Made by a program: the position numbers and the translations under genes | The notes under the pieces: model-generated | What the model was told of the DNA's origin: nothing | The model's input: only the letters and a program-made list of their open reading frames with translations | Databases searched by the model: none | NCBI RefSeq assembly: GCF_000195975.1 | Contig: NC_005070.1 | Span: 840,001 to 872,000 of the forward strand | Direction of reading: 5' to 3' | DNA length: 32,000 nt | Source of the DNA: Parasynechococcus marenigrum WH 8102 | Lineage (GTDB): Bacteria > Cyanobacteriota > Cyanobacteriia > PCC-6307 > Cyanobiaceae | In this document: piece by piece, positions 1 to 8,834 of the stretch | Layout of the letters: each line of letters starts with the position of its first letter | How positions within the stretch are numbered: the stretch's first letter is position 1

Positions 1-237
1 CACCTGAGGTTGATGATTGAACTCTGCGATTTTGCTGCTGCGGCCATCCGTATACAGCTCCAATTGATCCGCTCCGTTCCAGCCGCGGAACACCAGCGTT
101 CTCACCCTGGGGGTGCCATCAGAGGCCACGGTGGCGAGTTGCAGCCAGCGGGCACTCACCTGGCGGCCTTCGCGCTTGAGGGCACCGCGAAGTCGTTGCC
201 GCCAGGGGGGCAGGGCTCCATCCGTCGCTGCTGTCAT
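1..237 (-). CDS. Pyridoxamine 5'-phosphate oxidase-like FMN-binding protein, N-terminal 79 codons (continues beyond window start)
   Basis: ATG at 237-235 (minus), frame open to base 1. My translation is MTAATDGALPPWRQRLRGALKREGRQVSARWLQLATVASDGTPRVRTLVFRGWNGADQLELYTDGRSSK. It shows the PWR...RW.QLATV...G.P..RT.VFRG pattern of PNPOx-like proteins. It is absent from the ORF track because there is no stop inside the window. Confidence 0.65.
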   Translation of the reverse strand, partial: MTAATDGALPPWRQRLRGALKREGRQVSARWLQLATVASDGTPRVRTLVFRGWNGADQLELYTDGRSSKIAEFNHQPQV

Positions 238-281
238 GGTCTGAAATAGCTCCTCAGAACAGAAAACATGGGCTGGCAGGG

Positions 282-551
282 TTGATCAAAGAGTTGATCA
301 TCACCGTGGCGAGTGACTTGAAAGAGCGTGTGCTCAGTGCCCTGCGCGCTTGCCGAAGCTCGGACGATTTGGTGGCCTTGGATGAGCAATTGGCCATTGA
401 TTGTCGCGACGCCCCCTTGCACCAAGTGATCTGCGATGCCCTTCGGGATCGCAGTGTGGCCCCGGTGGAAGCCGCCAATTGGTTGACGACGCTGATGGAG
501 CACCGTAACCAGCAGCTCACGGCTTGTTTGAACCTGTCCTGCCAGGTCTGA
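282..551 (+). CDS. Hypothetical protein (89 aa)
   Basis: Track ORF with a TTG start. Composition matches the flanking core genes and it fills the gap between two minus-strand genes. No motif recognised. Confidence 0.4.
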   Translation: MIKELIITVASDLKERVLSALRACRSSDDLVALDEQLAIDCRDAPLHQVICDALRDRSVAPVEAANWLTTLMEHRNQQLTACLNLSCQV

Positions 552-553
552 GG

Positions 554-1525
554 TCAGGACAGTCCAAACAGCCTGGCCTGCTCTACAGCGGCTCGGATCA
601 CGATGGCGTGCCGCCTCACCAGGGGCATCAGTTCGTCGTAACCCCCTCCGATCACCGTGGCGATGGGGATGCTGCGGCGCAGGGCCGCATCCAGGACGAG
701 TCGATCGCGTCGTAACAGACCCTCGTCGCTCAGCTCCAGTCGTCCAAGCCGGTCATCCCGATGGGGGTCCACACCGGCGTTGAACAACACCAGATCCGGT
801 TGTTGGTCATCCAGCACCTGCGGGAGTCGGTCCCCGATGGCGGCCAGGTAGTCGTCATCTCCAGTTGCGTCTTCAAGAGGAATGTCGATGTCGCTGGCCA
901 CCTTGCGCAGCGGAAAATTGCTGGCGGCATGGACGGACAAGGTGGTGATGCGCGGCTCATCGGCAAAGCAGGCCGCAGTGCCATCGCCTTGATGCACATC
1001 CAGGTCCACCACCAGCAACCGTTGCACCTCGCCGTTGTCCAGCAGCACGCGCGCTGTTGTGGCCACGTCATTGAAGATGCAGAACCCGCTACCAAAGCCG
1101 GGATGGGCGTGATGGGTTCCCCCTGCCAGGTGACAGGCGATTCCATGCTGAAGCGCCAGGCGAGCCGTCAGCAAGGTTCCCCCGACGGATAGCCAGGTGC
1201 GCTGCACCAGGGGCCGGGTGGCAGGAAGCCCGATGCGGCGCTGTTCCGAGCGGCTGAGTTGATCACGGCTGAAGGCCTGGTGGTAGCTGCGCCGGTGGAT
1301 GCGCTCCAGATCCCGTCGGGGGATACTGAGGGGGCGGCGGATCTGGTTGGCCTGCAACACCTGTTCGTCAAGCAGCAAACGACGCAGCAGCCTGAATTTG
1401 GCCATCGGGAAGCGGTGCGTCGAGGGCAATGGAGCGGAGTACAGCTCGTGATAGACCGCGTGCAGTGTCAAGGGTCCAGCCGCAGTTGGCAGGCTGCAGT
1501 CTTCGTGTTTGGTGCGCTGAGCCAT
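554..1525 (-). CDS. Histone deacetylase / acetoin-utilisation (AcuC-like) family deacetylase
   Basis: 323-aa ORF with the HDAC-family motifs HLAGGTHHAHPGFGSGFCIFNDVA, VVDLDVHQGDG and FNAGVDPH. A TTG at 1471 (MTLHAVYHELYSAPLP...) is an alternative start. Confidence 0.9.
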   Translation of the reverse strand: MAQRTKHEDCSLPTAAGPLTLHAVYHELYSAPLPSTHRFPMAKFRLLRRLLLDEQVLQANQIRRPLSIPRRDLERIHRRSYHQAFSRDQLSRSEQRRIGLPATRPLVQRTWLSVGGTLLTARLALQHGIACHLAGGTHHAHPGFGSGFCIFNDVATTARVLLDNGEVQRLLVVDLDVHQGDGTAACFADEPRITTLSVHAASNFPLRKVASDIDIPLEDATGDDDYLAAIGDRLPQVLDDQQPDLVLFNAGVDPHRDDRLGRLELSDEGLLRRDRLVLDAALRRSIPIATVIGGGYDELMPLVRRHAIVIRAAVEQARLFGLS

Positions 1526-1680
1526 TGGGCGATGCCTCCATCGCGCAGCAAGCGACAGATCACGGCTCCTCCTCTGGATCCGAGTCCGTCAAAAAACCAT
1601 TCGGAATCCAGGTTCAGGGATTGAGCCTGAAGCGGGGACGCTGTGATCAGCGCCAACGTAAAGATGACGAGGGAACGCAC
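1468..1680 (-). CDS. Small putative secreted protein (70 aa)
   Basis: N-terminus MRSLVIFTLALITASPLQAQS looks like a signal peptide. Its TGA (1470-1468) overlaps the alternative TTG start (1471-1469) of the HDAC gene. It overlaps the longer HDAC start by 58 nt, so only one of the two models can hold. Confidence 0.35.
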   Translation of the reverse strand: MRSLVIFTLALITASPLQAQSLNLDSEWFFDGLGSRGGAVICRLLRDGGIAQWLSAPNTKTAACQLRLDP

Positions 1681-1709
1681 GGGCCTGGCTGAATGGCCCT
1701 ATTCAAAGG

Positions 1710-1961
1710 TCAGGCCAGCTGGCGTTCCATGAGCCAGGAATTGAAGCCACTGCGTTCCATTTCTGCGATGCAGTCCTGTTGTTTGCGCAGATGGCTCTGG
1801 CGGACACGCGTCAGCCGTTGTCCCTCCTGGCTGGACAGGCCGGCGGCCAGGCGCTGCTGTTGAAGCAGGTCCAGCTCATGGTCGAGATGGTCCATCAGTT
1901 TCAGCAACGAATATCCCTGCTTGATCTGCTGCTGGCTGAGCTCAGTGACGAACCGACGCAT
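1710..1961 (-). CDS. Hypothetical protein (83 aa), helical and Q/L-rich
   Basis: Track ORF with an ATG start and core-like composition. No recognised motif. Confidence 0.45.
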   Translation of the reverse strand: MRRFVTELSQQQIKQGYSLLKLMDHLDHELDLLQQQRLAAGLSSQEGQRLTRVRQSHLRKQQDCIAEMERSGFNSWLMERQLA

Positions 1962-2212
1962 CGCATTCTCTTAAGGATCTTTTAACTCTTGCATGCTGCG
2001 TCTCGCGGGACTCAGGTGTCGTGCGCCTGAGGGAACGGCCCGACGTGTTGTCGGGCCAGGCCTCCGTGTGTGAGGGGTGTCTCAAGCCCCACCAGCAGCT
2101 TCCCGCTCTTGGCCAGTCAATGGGTGACCAAGGCTGCGAGCAGATGTGTCTCGGTGTGACTGGGCCGATTCCCGGTGCGATCACCCAGGCGTCCACCCCA
2201 GATCTGGGGCAC

Positions 2213-2239
2213 AAAAAAGCCCCATGCGAAGCACGGGGC
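2213..2239 (-). terminator. Rho-independent terminator (minus strand)
   Basis: Minus strand reads GCCCCGTG-cttcg-CATGGGGC (one G.U pair) followed by TTTTTT. Confidence 0.5.
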
Positions 2240-2352
2240 CGGGTGATGGGGACAATTCCATTTTGCATGCTCTCGTCAACACCAGATCTGGTGGTTGTCA
2301 CGCTGCGGACACCATGCTGGCTCTGAACGGGTGCCCAAGAACCAGTACACAC

Positions 2353-2377
2353 AAAAAAGCCGCCCGTTTCGGGCGGC
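2353..2377 (-). terminator. Rho-independent terminator (minus strand), probably the native tRNA-Pro terminator
   Basis: Minus strand reads GCCGCCCG-aaa-CGGGCGGC followed by TTTTTT. It starts 32 nt downstream (minus sense) of the displaced tRNA-Pro 3' fragment. Confidence 0.7.
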
Positions 2378-2409
2378 TGCACTGCCAGTTGGGATCTGGC
2401 GTCTCTTGG

Positions 2410-2457
2410 CAGTCGGGGAGACAGGATTCGAACCTGCGGCATCTTGCTCCCAAAGCA
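2410..2457 (-). repeat. Island boundary repeat (att-like): displaced 3' portion of tRNA-Pro
   Basis: The 48 bp cagtcggggagacaggattcgaacctgcggcatcttgctcccaaagca are identical, base for base, to 18429-18476. That stretch is tRNA-Pro nt 30-74 plus 3 flanking nt. Confidence 0.9.
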
Positions 2458-2610
2458 GCCTGGCTCTTTCGTGGTGCACTGGGCTTATCCAGTCGGTGAC
2501 TCAGCTTTGCCAGCCTTTCTGCGTCATCAGGTATCAGCAAGTATCAGCAGAAGCTTGACAGTTTTCGCACGCCTTTCGCACAATTGGCATAGCAACATGC
2601 CTCTGCTGAA

Positions 2611-3783
2611 TTGCCACGAGTTTCCGAGACAGAAGCCTGGATCAAGCCCTTTAGGCGTCAGATCGCAGAGACCTGCGGTGAGAGTTGGTACGTCCGCAAC
2701 AATCGCGGTCGAATCCGTTTGGAGGTCCGTGATGCTGGGACCGTTTCACTTCCGTTCGAGTGGACTGCGCGTGGATCAGCGCTTGCCTTGCCCCGCATTC
2801 AACAGATCTTCAAGCGTTGGAACGGTGGACAGATCACCCTTGCCGCTGCAGCACAAAACGCTGACACCAGCAGCGCCCATCAGAAGCTGGATTTCAGCCA
2901 GTTGATCGAGAAATATCGGGCCTTCGTTCCTAACGCTGGCGACACCACCTGGCAGACCTTCTATCTGCCAGTCCTGCGCAACTGCGCCAAGGCATTCGAC
3001 GGCCGACCACCAGTGGACGGTGAAGCGCTGGCAATGGCTTGCCTCTCCCAGTGGGAACAGGGCTCACGGATGCGTCAGACCTCCCGTCAGAAGCTCTACG
3101 GCTTCTTGAACTGGGCGGTGCAACGTGGACACCTCAAGCCCATCTACAGCCCCCCTGCGGCGCTTCCTGAAGTGCTCAAGCCCAAGCGCATTGGCTATCC
3201 CCTCAGCGATGCGCAGATCCTGCAGCTGCTGGACAACCTCCCCGAGGGCGAGGCCCATGACCGTTGGCGATTCGCCATCCAGCTCTGTGCCGTTTACGGA
3301 TTGAGACCTGAGGAATTGCGCCATCTCCGCATCAAGGACGGGGCAAGCGGGGAAGAACTGTGGACGATTTATCAGAAATCCATGGGTGGCACCAAGGGAG
3401 CCAAGACAGAACCGCGGCGGTTGCACCCGCTGCTGCTGCGTGATGCCGATGGTTCCGCCATCGATTGGAAACTGCAGGCACGGTTGCAGGTTGGTGAACA
3501 GCTGCCGCCGTTGAACCGTGACGGTGATGGTGGCCAGGCTTTGAATCAGTACCTACGCAGACGCAAGGTCTGGATGGCGCTGCGGGGTGAAGCCGAGCAC
3601 CAGAGTGAACAGCTCACGCCCTATTCATTTAGGCACCGCTACGCAAAACAGGCTCACGCGGCACGGCTTGCCGTTGCAGAGATCAGCGAGGCCATGGGCC
3701 ACACCATCGAGGTGCATCTGAAGAGCTACGCGCGGTTCAAGCCCGATGCGACGGCTGCCAATTTCGCCGCAGTCAACGTCTGA
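2611..3783 (+). CDS. int: Tyrosine recombinase / phage-type integrase
   Basis: 390-aa ORF. It has box I GLRPEELRHL and box II TPYSFRHRYAKQA...AMGHTIEVHLKSYARF (R, H-x-x-R, H, Y catalytic set). It starts about 150 nt from the att-like repeat. The TTG start from the track is uncertain. Confidence 0.9.
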   Translation: MPRVSETEAWIKPFRRQIAETCGESWYVRNNRGRIRLEVRDAGTVSLPFEWTARGSALALPRIQQIFKRWNGGQITLAAAAQNADTSSAHQKLDFSQLIEKYRAFVPNAGDTTWQTFYLPVLRNCAKAFDGRPPVDGEALAMACLSQWEQGSRMRQTSRQKLYGFLNWAVQRGHLKPIYSPPAALPEVLKPKRIGYPLSDAQILQLLDNLPEGEAHDRWRFAIQLCAVYGLRPEELRHLRIKDGASGEELWTIYQKSMGGTKGAKTEPRRLHPLLLRDADGSAIDWKLQARLQVGEQLPPLNRDGDGGQALNQYLRRRKVWMALRGEAEHQSEQLTPYSFRHRYAKQAHAARLAVAEISEAMGHTIEVHLKSYARFKPDATAANFAAVNV

Positions 3784-3984
3784 TCACTTCTGCTCGTACA
3801 CCTTGCTTTCCAAGGCGTCTAAGCGCTTTAGAACGTCCTTCATCACCCCTTCGGTGCGGGGGGTAAGCGTTTGTTCAGACAGGGTTACCTCAAGTTTAAA
3901 ATTTATTTCAATTTGCTACCATTACAATCACTCCAATTTACTTCGGAAAAAACAAAGGATAATGATTTAGTTGATTCAAGCAAG

Positions 3985-6900
3985 ATGTCTCAATCATATT
4001 CTAGTGTGGGAAAATTAGATAGAAAAAGTTTCAAACCTTCCGGAAGTGATTATATATTATCGCCTCCGTCTTCGTATAGCAAAAGATTTGCGACCAAGTT
4101 CAAGAATTTCAATGCAAAATCGGACGTAATATCAATTGATCTTAGCGATTTTAATACGACATTGACGGGGATTTATATTGCCAGGTCAAAGAAAGAATTC
4201 AAAAAGGCACAGAAATCCGACAGTGCTTTTATCTATAATTGGAAAAATGGGAGATTATTTTTTAACGAAAATGGCAGTGCAAAAAAATACGGTGATGGTG
4301 GACTTATTGCACGTTTTGCAAAGAAGACACGTTTAAATGAAGAAAATATTATTTTCAATTTTGGCATTCATTCAACTTCAACGCCTGATCCAACACCAAC
4401 ACCAAGTTATTCAATAACAGCCGACAAGATTTCAGTCGATGAGGGAGATCGTGTTAATTGGACTATCACTACTAAAAATGTACGAAAAGGAACCAGGATA
4501 TTTGTGTCTGATGTTTTTGAAAGATCGAATAATATTTATGATAATTACAGTGATATGGATGGGTATGCTCTCGGTTCGGATGGATGGGAAAGTTACTATT
4601 TCAAGGTGAATTCAAAGGGTAAAGTTAAATTCTGGGATGAATGGAATGAGGATGGTATCACCGAGGGAGATGATTCTTATTATTATCAGTTTTACGAAGA
4701 TCCTGATTTTACAGAATTACTCGCGACATCTAAGACGGTTGAAATTATCGATACATCACAAGCACCTTCTGCAACTCCAACACCGGAACCAACTCCGGCA
4801 CCTTCTGCAACTCCAACACCAGAACCAACTCCAGAACCTTCTACAACTCCAACACCGGAACCAACTCCTGAACCCTCTACAGACCAGGGATTTCTAGATG
4901 ATTTCGCGAATAATTCATCTACCAGCGGTGTTATTTCTGTCGGGGATATTGTGAGTAGTGACTTGGAAACAACAGACGATGAAGATTGGTTCCAAATTTC
5001 TTTGACGGAAGAAAGAGTTTATCAATTTGATCTTGAGGGGATACAGTTGACTGACCCTCGAATGAGTCTGCATGGGCCTAGTTTAGAGGAATTAATTTAT
5101 GATGACGATGGAGGATCTGGATATAATTCTAAAATTGAATTTATAGCAACGTCGAGTGACAACTATTTTATTAGTGCAAAAAGTTGGGGGGAAACTGGTA
5201 CTTATACTTTGAAGGCAATAGATATCACTCCAACACCGGAACCAACTCCTGAACCCTCTACAGGCCAGGGACTTTTAGATGATTTCGCGAATAATTTATC
5301 TACCAGCGGTGTTATTTCTGTCGGGGTTATTGTGAGTGGTGACTTGGAAACAACAGACGATGAAGATTGGTTCCAAGTTTCTTTGAAGGAAGGAAGAGTT
5401 TATCAATTTGATCTTGAGGGGATACAGTTGACTGACCCTCAAATGAGTCTGCATGGGCCTAGTTCAGAGGAATTAATTTATGATGACGATGGAGGATCTG
5501 GATATAATTCTAAAATTGAATTTATAGCAACGTCGAGTGACAACTACTTTATTAGTGCAAAGAGTTGGTGGGAAACTGGTACTTATACTTTGAAGGCAAT
5601 AGATATCACTCCAACACCGGAACCAACTCCAGCACCTTCTACAACTCCAACACCAGAACCAACTCCAGAACCTTCTACAACTCCAACACCAGAACCAACT
5701 CCAGCACCTGCTACAACTCCAACACCGGAACCAACTCCAGCACCTTCCGCAACTCCAACACCGGAACCAACTCCAGCACCTTCCGCAACTCCAACACCAG
5801 AACCAACTCCAGCACCTGCTACAACTCCAACACCGGAACCAATACCAGTCCCCACACCTGAGCAGGATTCATCACCTACACCAACTGGTAATCCAACAAA
5901 TACAACCGATGGCGTCTTTTTGTATGGACCACGTCCGATGCAATCTGCTATTAAGACATTCTCAGGCACTGTTGGTGTAGGTGGGGAAGTAGATCGCTTT
6001 GAGATTTCATTTTTGGCTGGAGATGTGGTGAGCTTGTCGGTAGAAGCCGCTGACAATACCTGGCCGTTGCTGCGTCTGGTGGATGCAGAAGGACGCATTT
6101 TGGATCCAGTTAGCGCATACAACAACAATTCCGCCTCCACATCTGGTTATCGCGTTGATGTGGATGCAATGTTGTTCGCCGAGGTTTATGCCCAAAACTC
6201 ATTCACTGGCTCCTACAAACTGTATGTAGAGCGTTTTATTAATGAATCCCCACTTCGACCGATACCGAATGAACTATTAATATTGGTAGAACAGGACGCA
6301 ACGAACAGCGCAGATCAATACTCATCACGTTATCTATACTCTGATTCGGGATTGATTTACATCTCATTTGACTCGAGCCTGTCGGACGAACTTAAAAGTT
6401 GGTGGGAAGACGTATTTGCTGCGACGGATGCTGTGATTGAGCCGGAATTCGTGGTAGTTCCACAAAGTCACCCCAAATCACAGTTAGTAGTCAATCAGAC
6501 GTCATCATACTATGTTAGTGGTGATCATGCTGGGATTTATCAGTCTCCTAGTTATACCTATTCAGAGCTAAGCGATGAAAGCGCTTACAATTTTCAGAGA
6601 AAGAATAATCAAGGTGAAATTCTTCTCGCCGAAGCGGCTTTTTCTCATTCGACGCGTTTTGGTGGATCCCGAGAAGCTGGTTGGAAAAGCGTTGCGTTTC
6701 ATGAATTAGGGCATGCCCTAGGCCTAGAGCATCCTCACGACAGCTCTGATGGCGATGTTGATCGAATTATCGATACAAATGGAACAGTAATGTCCTATGA
6801 GAAAACACAGGATTCGGATGGTGATCCTGGCTTCACTGATCTGGATGTAAATGCGCTTCAGTTTGTATATGGCACAGAGACCGGTGTACTAACACCTTCG

Positions 6901-7350
6901 CCTTTAGAAGGGATTCCGCTCTTAATTGAGAGTCGCACATTTGATCTTTCAAAGCGATGGAAGTCGCCAATATTGTCAGCAGAATGGATTGGCGGTTACA
7001 CAATCCAGGAGCCCAGTTCGGGACTGTCAACCAAAGTCCTACAATTAACACGTTCGGAAGGTTATCTAGAAAACGAATCCAAAATTTGGCTGGATTTTGA
7101 TTTGGGAGACGGCCTGAAAAACTGGAATTCCCTTAATGGTTATTCCGAAGGATTTCACGATGTACTAATCCTTGGCAATTCTGTCACGTTTGAACCCGGC
7201 GAGGCCACAGCTTTGTTTGATCTTCCCATTGTTGCTGGAAGTCATGCAGAGAGCGATGAATGGGTGGATGTGACTGTGCGTCCGGAATACCCGGATCTCT
7301 ACAAAGCAGTTCCTGATTCGGCACTGCGGCTGACCATCGTCGATGCCTGA
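3985..7350 (+). CDS. Large multidomain serralysin-type (M10-like) zinc metalloprotease with PT-rich linkers, three PPC-like domains and a Calx-beta-like C-terminus
   Basis: Frame is open from 3871 and the first ATG is at 3985 (MSQSYSS). Zinc motif VAFHELGHALGLEHPHD lies at nt 6700-6735, with Met-turn TVMSY and DLDVNALQFVYG. Two near-identical domains plus one divergent domain have the pre-peptidase C-terminal pattern (DDEDWFQISL...YQFDL...GTYTLKAI). TPTPEPTPAPS linkers are present. The C-terminal VTFEPGEATALFDLPIVAGSHAESDEWVDVTV is Calx-beta-like. GC is very low. There is no N-terminal signal peptide. Confidence 0.85.
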   Translation: MSQSYSSVGKLDRKSFKPSGSDYILSPPSSYSKRFATKFKNFNAKSDVISIDLSDFNTTLTGIYIARSKKEFKKAQKSDSAFIYNWKNGRLFFNENGSAKKYGDGGLIARFAKKTRLNEENIIFNFGIHSTSTPDPTPTPSYSITADKISVDEGDRVNWTITTKNVRKGTRIFVSDVFERSNNIYDNYSDMDGYALGSDGWESYYFKVNSKGKVKFWDEWNEDGITEGDDSYYYQFYEDPDFTELLATSKTVEIIDTSQAPSATPTPEPTPAPSATPTPEPTPEPSTTPTPEPTPEPSTDQGFLDDFANNSSTSGVISVGDIVSSDLETTDDEDWFQISLTEERVYQFDLEGIQLTDPRMSLHGPSLEELIYDDDGGSGYNSKIEFIATSSDNYFISAKSWGETGTYTLKAIDITPTPEPTPEPSTGQGLLDDFANNLSTSGVISVGVIVSGDLETTDDEDWFQVSLKEGRVYQFDLEGIQLTDPQMSLHGPSSEELIYDDDGGSGYNSKIEFIATSSDNYFISAKSWWETGTYTLKAIDITPTPEPTPAPSTTPTPEPTPEPSTTPTPEPTPAPATTPTPEPTPAPSATPTPEPTPAPSATPTPEPTPAPATTPTPEPIPVPTPEQDSSPTPTGNPTNTTDGVFLYGPRPMQSAIKTFSGTVGVGGEVDRFEISFLAGDVVSLSVEAADNTWPLLRLVDAEGRILDPVSAYNNNSASTSGYRVDVDAMLFAEVYAQNSFTGSYKLYVERFINESPLRPIPNELLILVEQDATNSADQYSSRYLYSDSGLIYISFDSSLSDELKSWWEDVFAATDAVIEPEFVVVPQSHPKSQLVVNQTSSYYVSGDHAGIYQSPSYTYSELSDESAYNFQRKNNQGEILLAEAAFSHSTRFGGSREAGWKSVAFHELGHALGLEHPHDSSDGDVDRIIDTNGTVMSYEKTQDSDGDPGFTDLDVNALQFVYGTETGVLTPSPLEGIPLLIESRTFDLSKRWKSPILSAEWIGGYTIQEPSSGLSTKVLQLTRSEGYLENESKIWLDFDLGDGLKNWNSLNGYSEGFHDVLILGNSVTFEPGEATALFDLPIVAGSHAESDEWVDVTVRPEYPDLYKAVPDSALRLTIVDA
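4762..4881 (+). repeat. 36-bp tandem repeat (about 3.3 units) encoding a (A/E)PS(A/T)TPTPEPTP linker
   Basis: Units begin at 4762, 4798 and 4834 with 1-4 substitutions each. They are in frame within the protease gene. Confidence 0.85.
4861..5622 (+). repeat. 2 x 381-bp in-frame tandem duplication (PPC-like domain plus linker)
   Basis: ccaactcctgaaccctctaca recurs at 4861 and 5242, and the next unit boundary falls at 5623. By eye the two 127-codon units differ at about 15 nt. Confidence 0.9.
5608..5859 (+). repeat. 36-bp tandem repeat (7 units) encoding a TPTPEPTPAPS(A/T) linker
   Basis: Units of actccaacaccRgaaccaactccagcaccttcYRca begin at 5608, 5644, 5680, 5716, 5752, 5788 and 5824. The last unit is degenerate. 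Confidence 0.85.
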
Positions 7351-7604
7351 GCGGCACTATCTGAAGGGAATGCTTGTGTGGAGATCTTCAGAATTGCATC
7401 CTGTAAGAATCTAAGAATTACATTCTGTCTTCAATTCAATAGTGAGCCTCAATACTTACGGTACTTTGATGGCTAGGATCTCGAAATCCTGAAACAGACA
7501 TATTGAGTTCCTGTCAAGGTCATAATCATACTTGGCGTTGCAATCAAAATGGACAGGCCTGTAAATCCTCCGTACCTTCAACGTCGAACGCAAATTCCTT
7601 TGCT

Positions 7605-8834
7605 ATGACTGAACTCTCGCCCCTGGTCTCAACCACCACGGGCTTTCTGGTGTTGTTCGTGGGCAAACGCTTGAACCGCGAACTTAAGGCATTGCGAAAC
7701 TTTTCGATTCCAGAACCTGTATCGCGAGGACTTCTCGTAGCCGTCCTTTTGACACTGATACACGTATTGGGTGGGCCCGAACTCAATTTTAACCTGGATT
7801 CTCGGGACTTCCTTCTGGTTTATTTCTTCACCACGGTGGGGATGAATGCCCGTTTCAGTGATTTAAGGCGCGGCGGCCCGGCACTGTTCATTCTTCTGGG
7901 CCTGACCATCGGCTACATGACGTTGCAGAACATCATTGGCGTCACGATGGCGGGTTTGCTGGGGCTTCATCCCGCCACGGGATTGCTCGTTGGCACGGTG
8001 TCACTGATTGGTGGACACGGCACAACGATTGCCTGGGCTCCCACATTTACAGAGAACTTCCAGATTGACAGCGCCCTTGAAATCGGTATTACTGCTGCCA
8101 CCTTTGGACTTGTTCTTGCCAGTGCCAGCGGCGGCCCAATTGCCCAGTTCCTATTACGTCGTTTTAAGATTCCCTGCCCAAGTACAACGCCAGAAGATCA
8201 AACCCTGAAGCACCCAGTCAATGACGTGCAAGATCATGTATCTGGAAAAAGGAATATCGACATGACCTCCTTCCTGGCAGCGCTCTTGGCCATCAATATC
8301 TGCATCATCTCCGGCATGGTGCTGAACGGTGGCATCGCGGCTATCGGCCTGAAGCTGCCTTTGTTTGTGCCCTGTCTGCTGGTCGGCATTCTCTATTCGA
8401 ATCTGCTCCCAGAGAGACGTTCTGAGCGGGCCGTCTTCCATTGGCCAAAACAGTCCACTTCGCTGGATTTAATCAGCGAACTTTCATTGGGAATCTTCTT
8501 AGCCATGTCCCTAATGAGCTTGCAACTTTGGACCTTGGTCGGCCTTGCCTTGCCTTTGCTGGCCATCCTCCTGACCCAGTTCATCATTGCTCTGGCCATC
8601 AATCTGCTGCTCGTATTCCGACTGATGGGAAGGTCGTATGACGCAGCTGTCATCTGCGCAGGCTTTGGTGGGATCGCTCTGGGTTCCACACCAACGGCCA
8701 TGGCAAACATGACCGCCGTTACGCAGCAGTATGGAGCCTCGACGCGAGCGTTTCTAATTGTTCCCTTGGTGTCCGCTTTTTTCCTCGATCTCGTCAATGC
8801 AATTCTGATACCTGGTTTTATTGGGCAGCTCTAG
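7605..8834 (+). CDS. gltS: Sodium/glutamate symporter (GltS family)
   Basis: About 410-aa polytopic membrane protein. FFTTVGMNARFSDLRRGGPALFILLGLT...LQNIIGV...GSVSLIGGHGT-like VGTVSLIGGHGTTIAWAP...ATFGLVLASASGGPIAQFLL matches my memory of E. coli GltS. The track ORF starts at 7503, but the ATG at 7605 (MTELSPLV) removes a non-membrane leader. Confidence 0.8.
   Translation: MTELSPLVSTTTGFLVLFVGKRLNRELKALRNFSIPEPVSRGLLVAVLLTLIHVLGGPELNFNLDSRDFLLVYFFTTVGMNARFSDLRRGGPALFILLGLTIGYMTLQNIIGVTMAGLLGLHPATGLLVGTVSLIGGHGTTIAWAPTFTENFQIDSALEIGITAATFGLVLASASGGPIAQFLLRRFKIPCPSTTPEDQTLKHPVNDVQDHVSGKRNIDMTSFLAALLAINICIISGMVLNGGIAAIGLKLPLFVPCLLVGILYSNLLPERRSERAVFHWPKQSTSLDLISELSLGIFLAMSLMSLQLWTLVGLALPLLAILLTQFIIALAINLLLVFRLMGRSYDAAVICAGFGGIALGSTPTAMANMTAVTQQYGASTRAFLIVPLVSAFFLDLVNAILIPGFIGQL

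Noticed and set aside
1942-2442. ORFs starting MPQVRILSPRL (1942-2442, 18279-18461) and others crossing tRNA sequence (2276-2479, 2295-2558, 18216-18527, and the 5' part of 20234-20926).
   Set aside because: They are read through tRNA-Pro or tRNA-Lys sequence or its duplicated fragment. The identical N-termini simply reflect the 48-bp repeat.
3784-3843. 19-codon minus-strand ORF (MKDVLKRLDALESKVYEQK) abutting the integrase stop, at the GC transition.
   Set aside because: It is too short to support. It may be the tail of a gene truncated by the low-GC insertion, but no upstream frame survives.
5608-5859. Regular 36-bp periodic repeats that could look like a CRISPR array.
   Set aside because: The units are contiguous with no spacers, lie in frame within a long ORF and encode a Pro/Thr linker. 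No cas genes are present.
5583-6140. 185-aa minus-strand ORF rich in GVGSGVGV repeats, and the plus-strand frames 4637-4897 and 5565-5861.
   Set aside because: They are alternative-frame or antisense readings of the PT-linker tandem repeats inside the metalloprotease gene.
3985-7350. RTX / hemolysin-type calcium-binding repeats, expected in serralysin-like proteases.
   Set aside because: I found no GGxGxD nonapeptide repeats in either protease. Only a single degenerate G..GADAFYF occurs in the 421-aa protein.
7561-7575. NtcA-box-like GTAaatcctccGTAC upstream of gltS.
   Set aside because: The spacing does not fit GTA-N8-TAC (the TAC is offset by one), and it lies too close to the ATG for a normal activating position.
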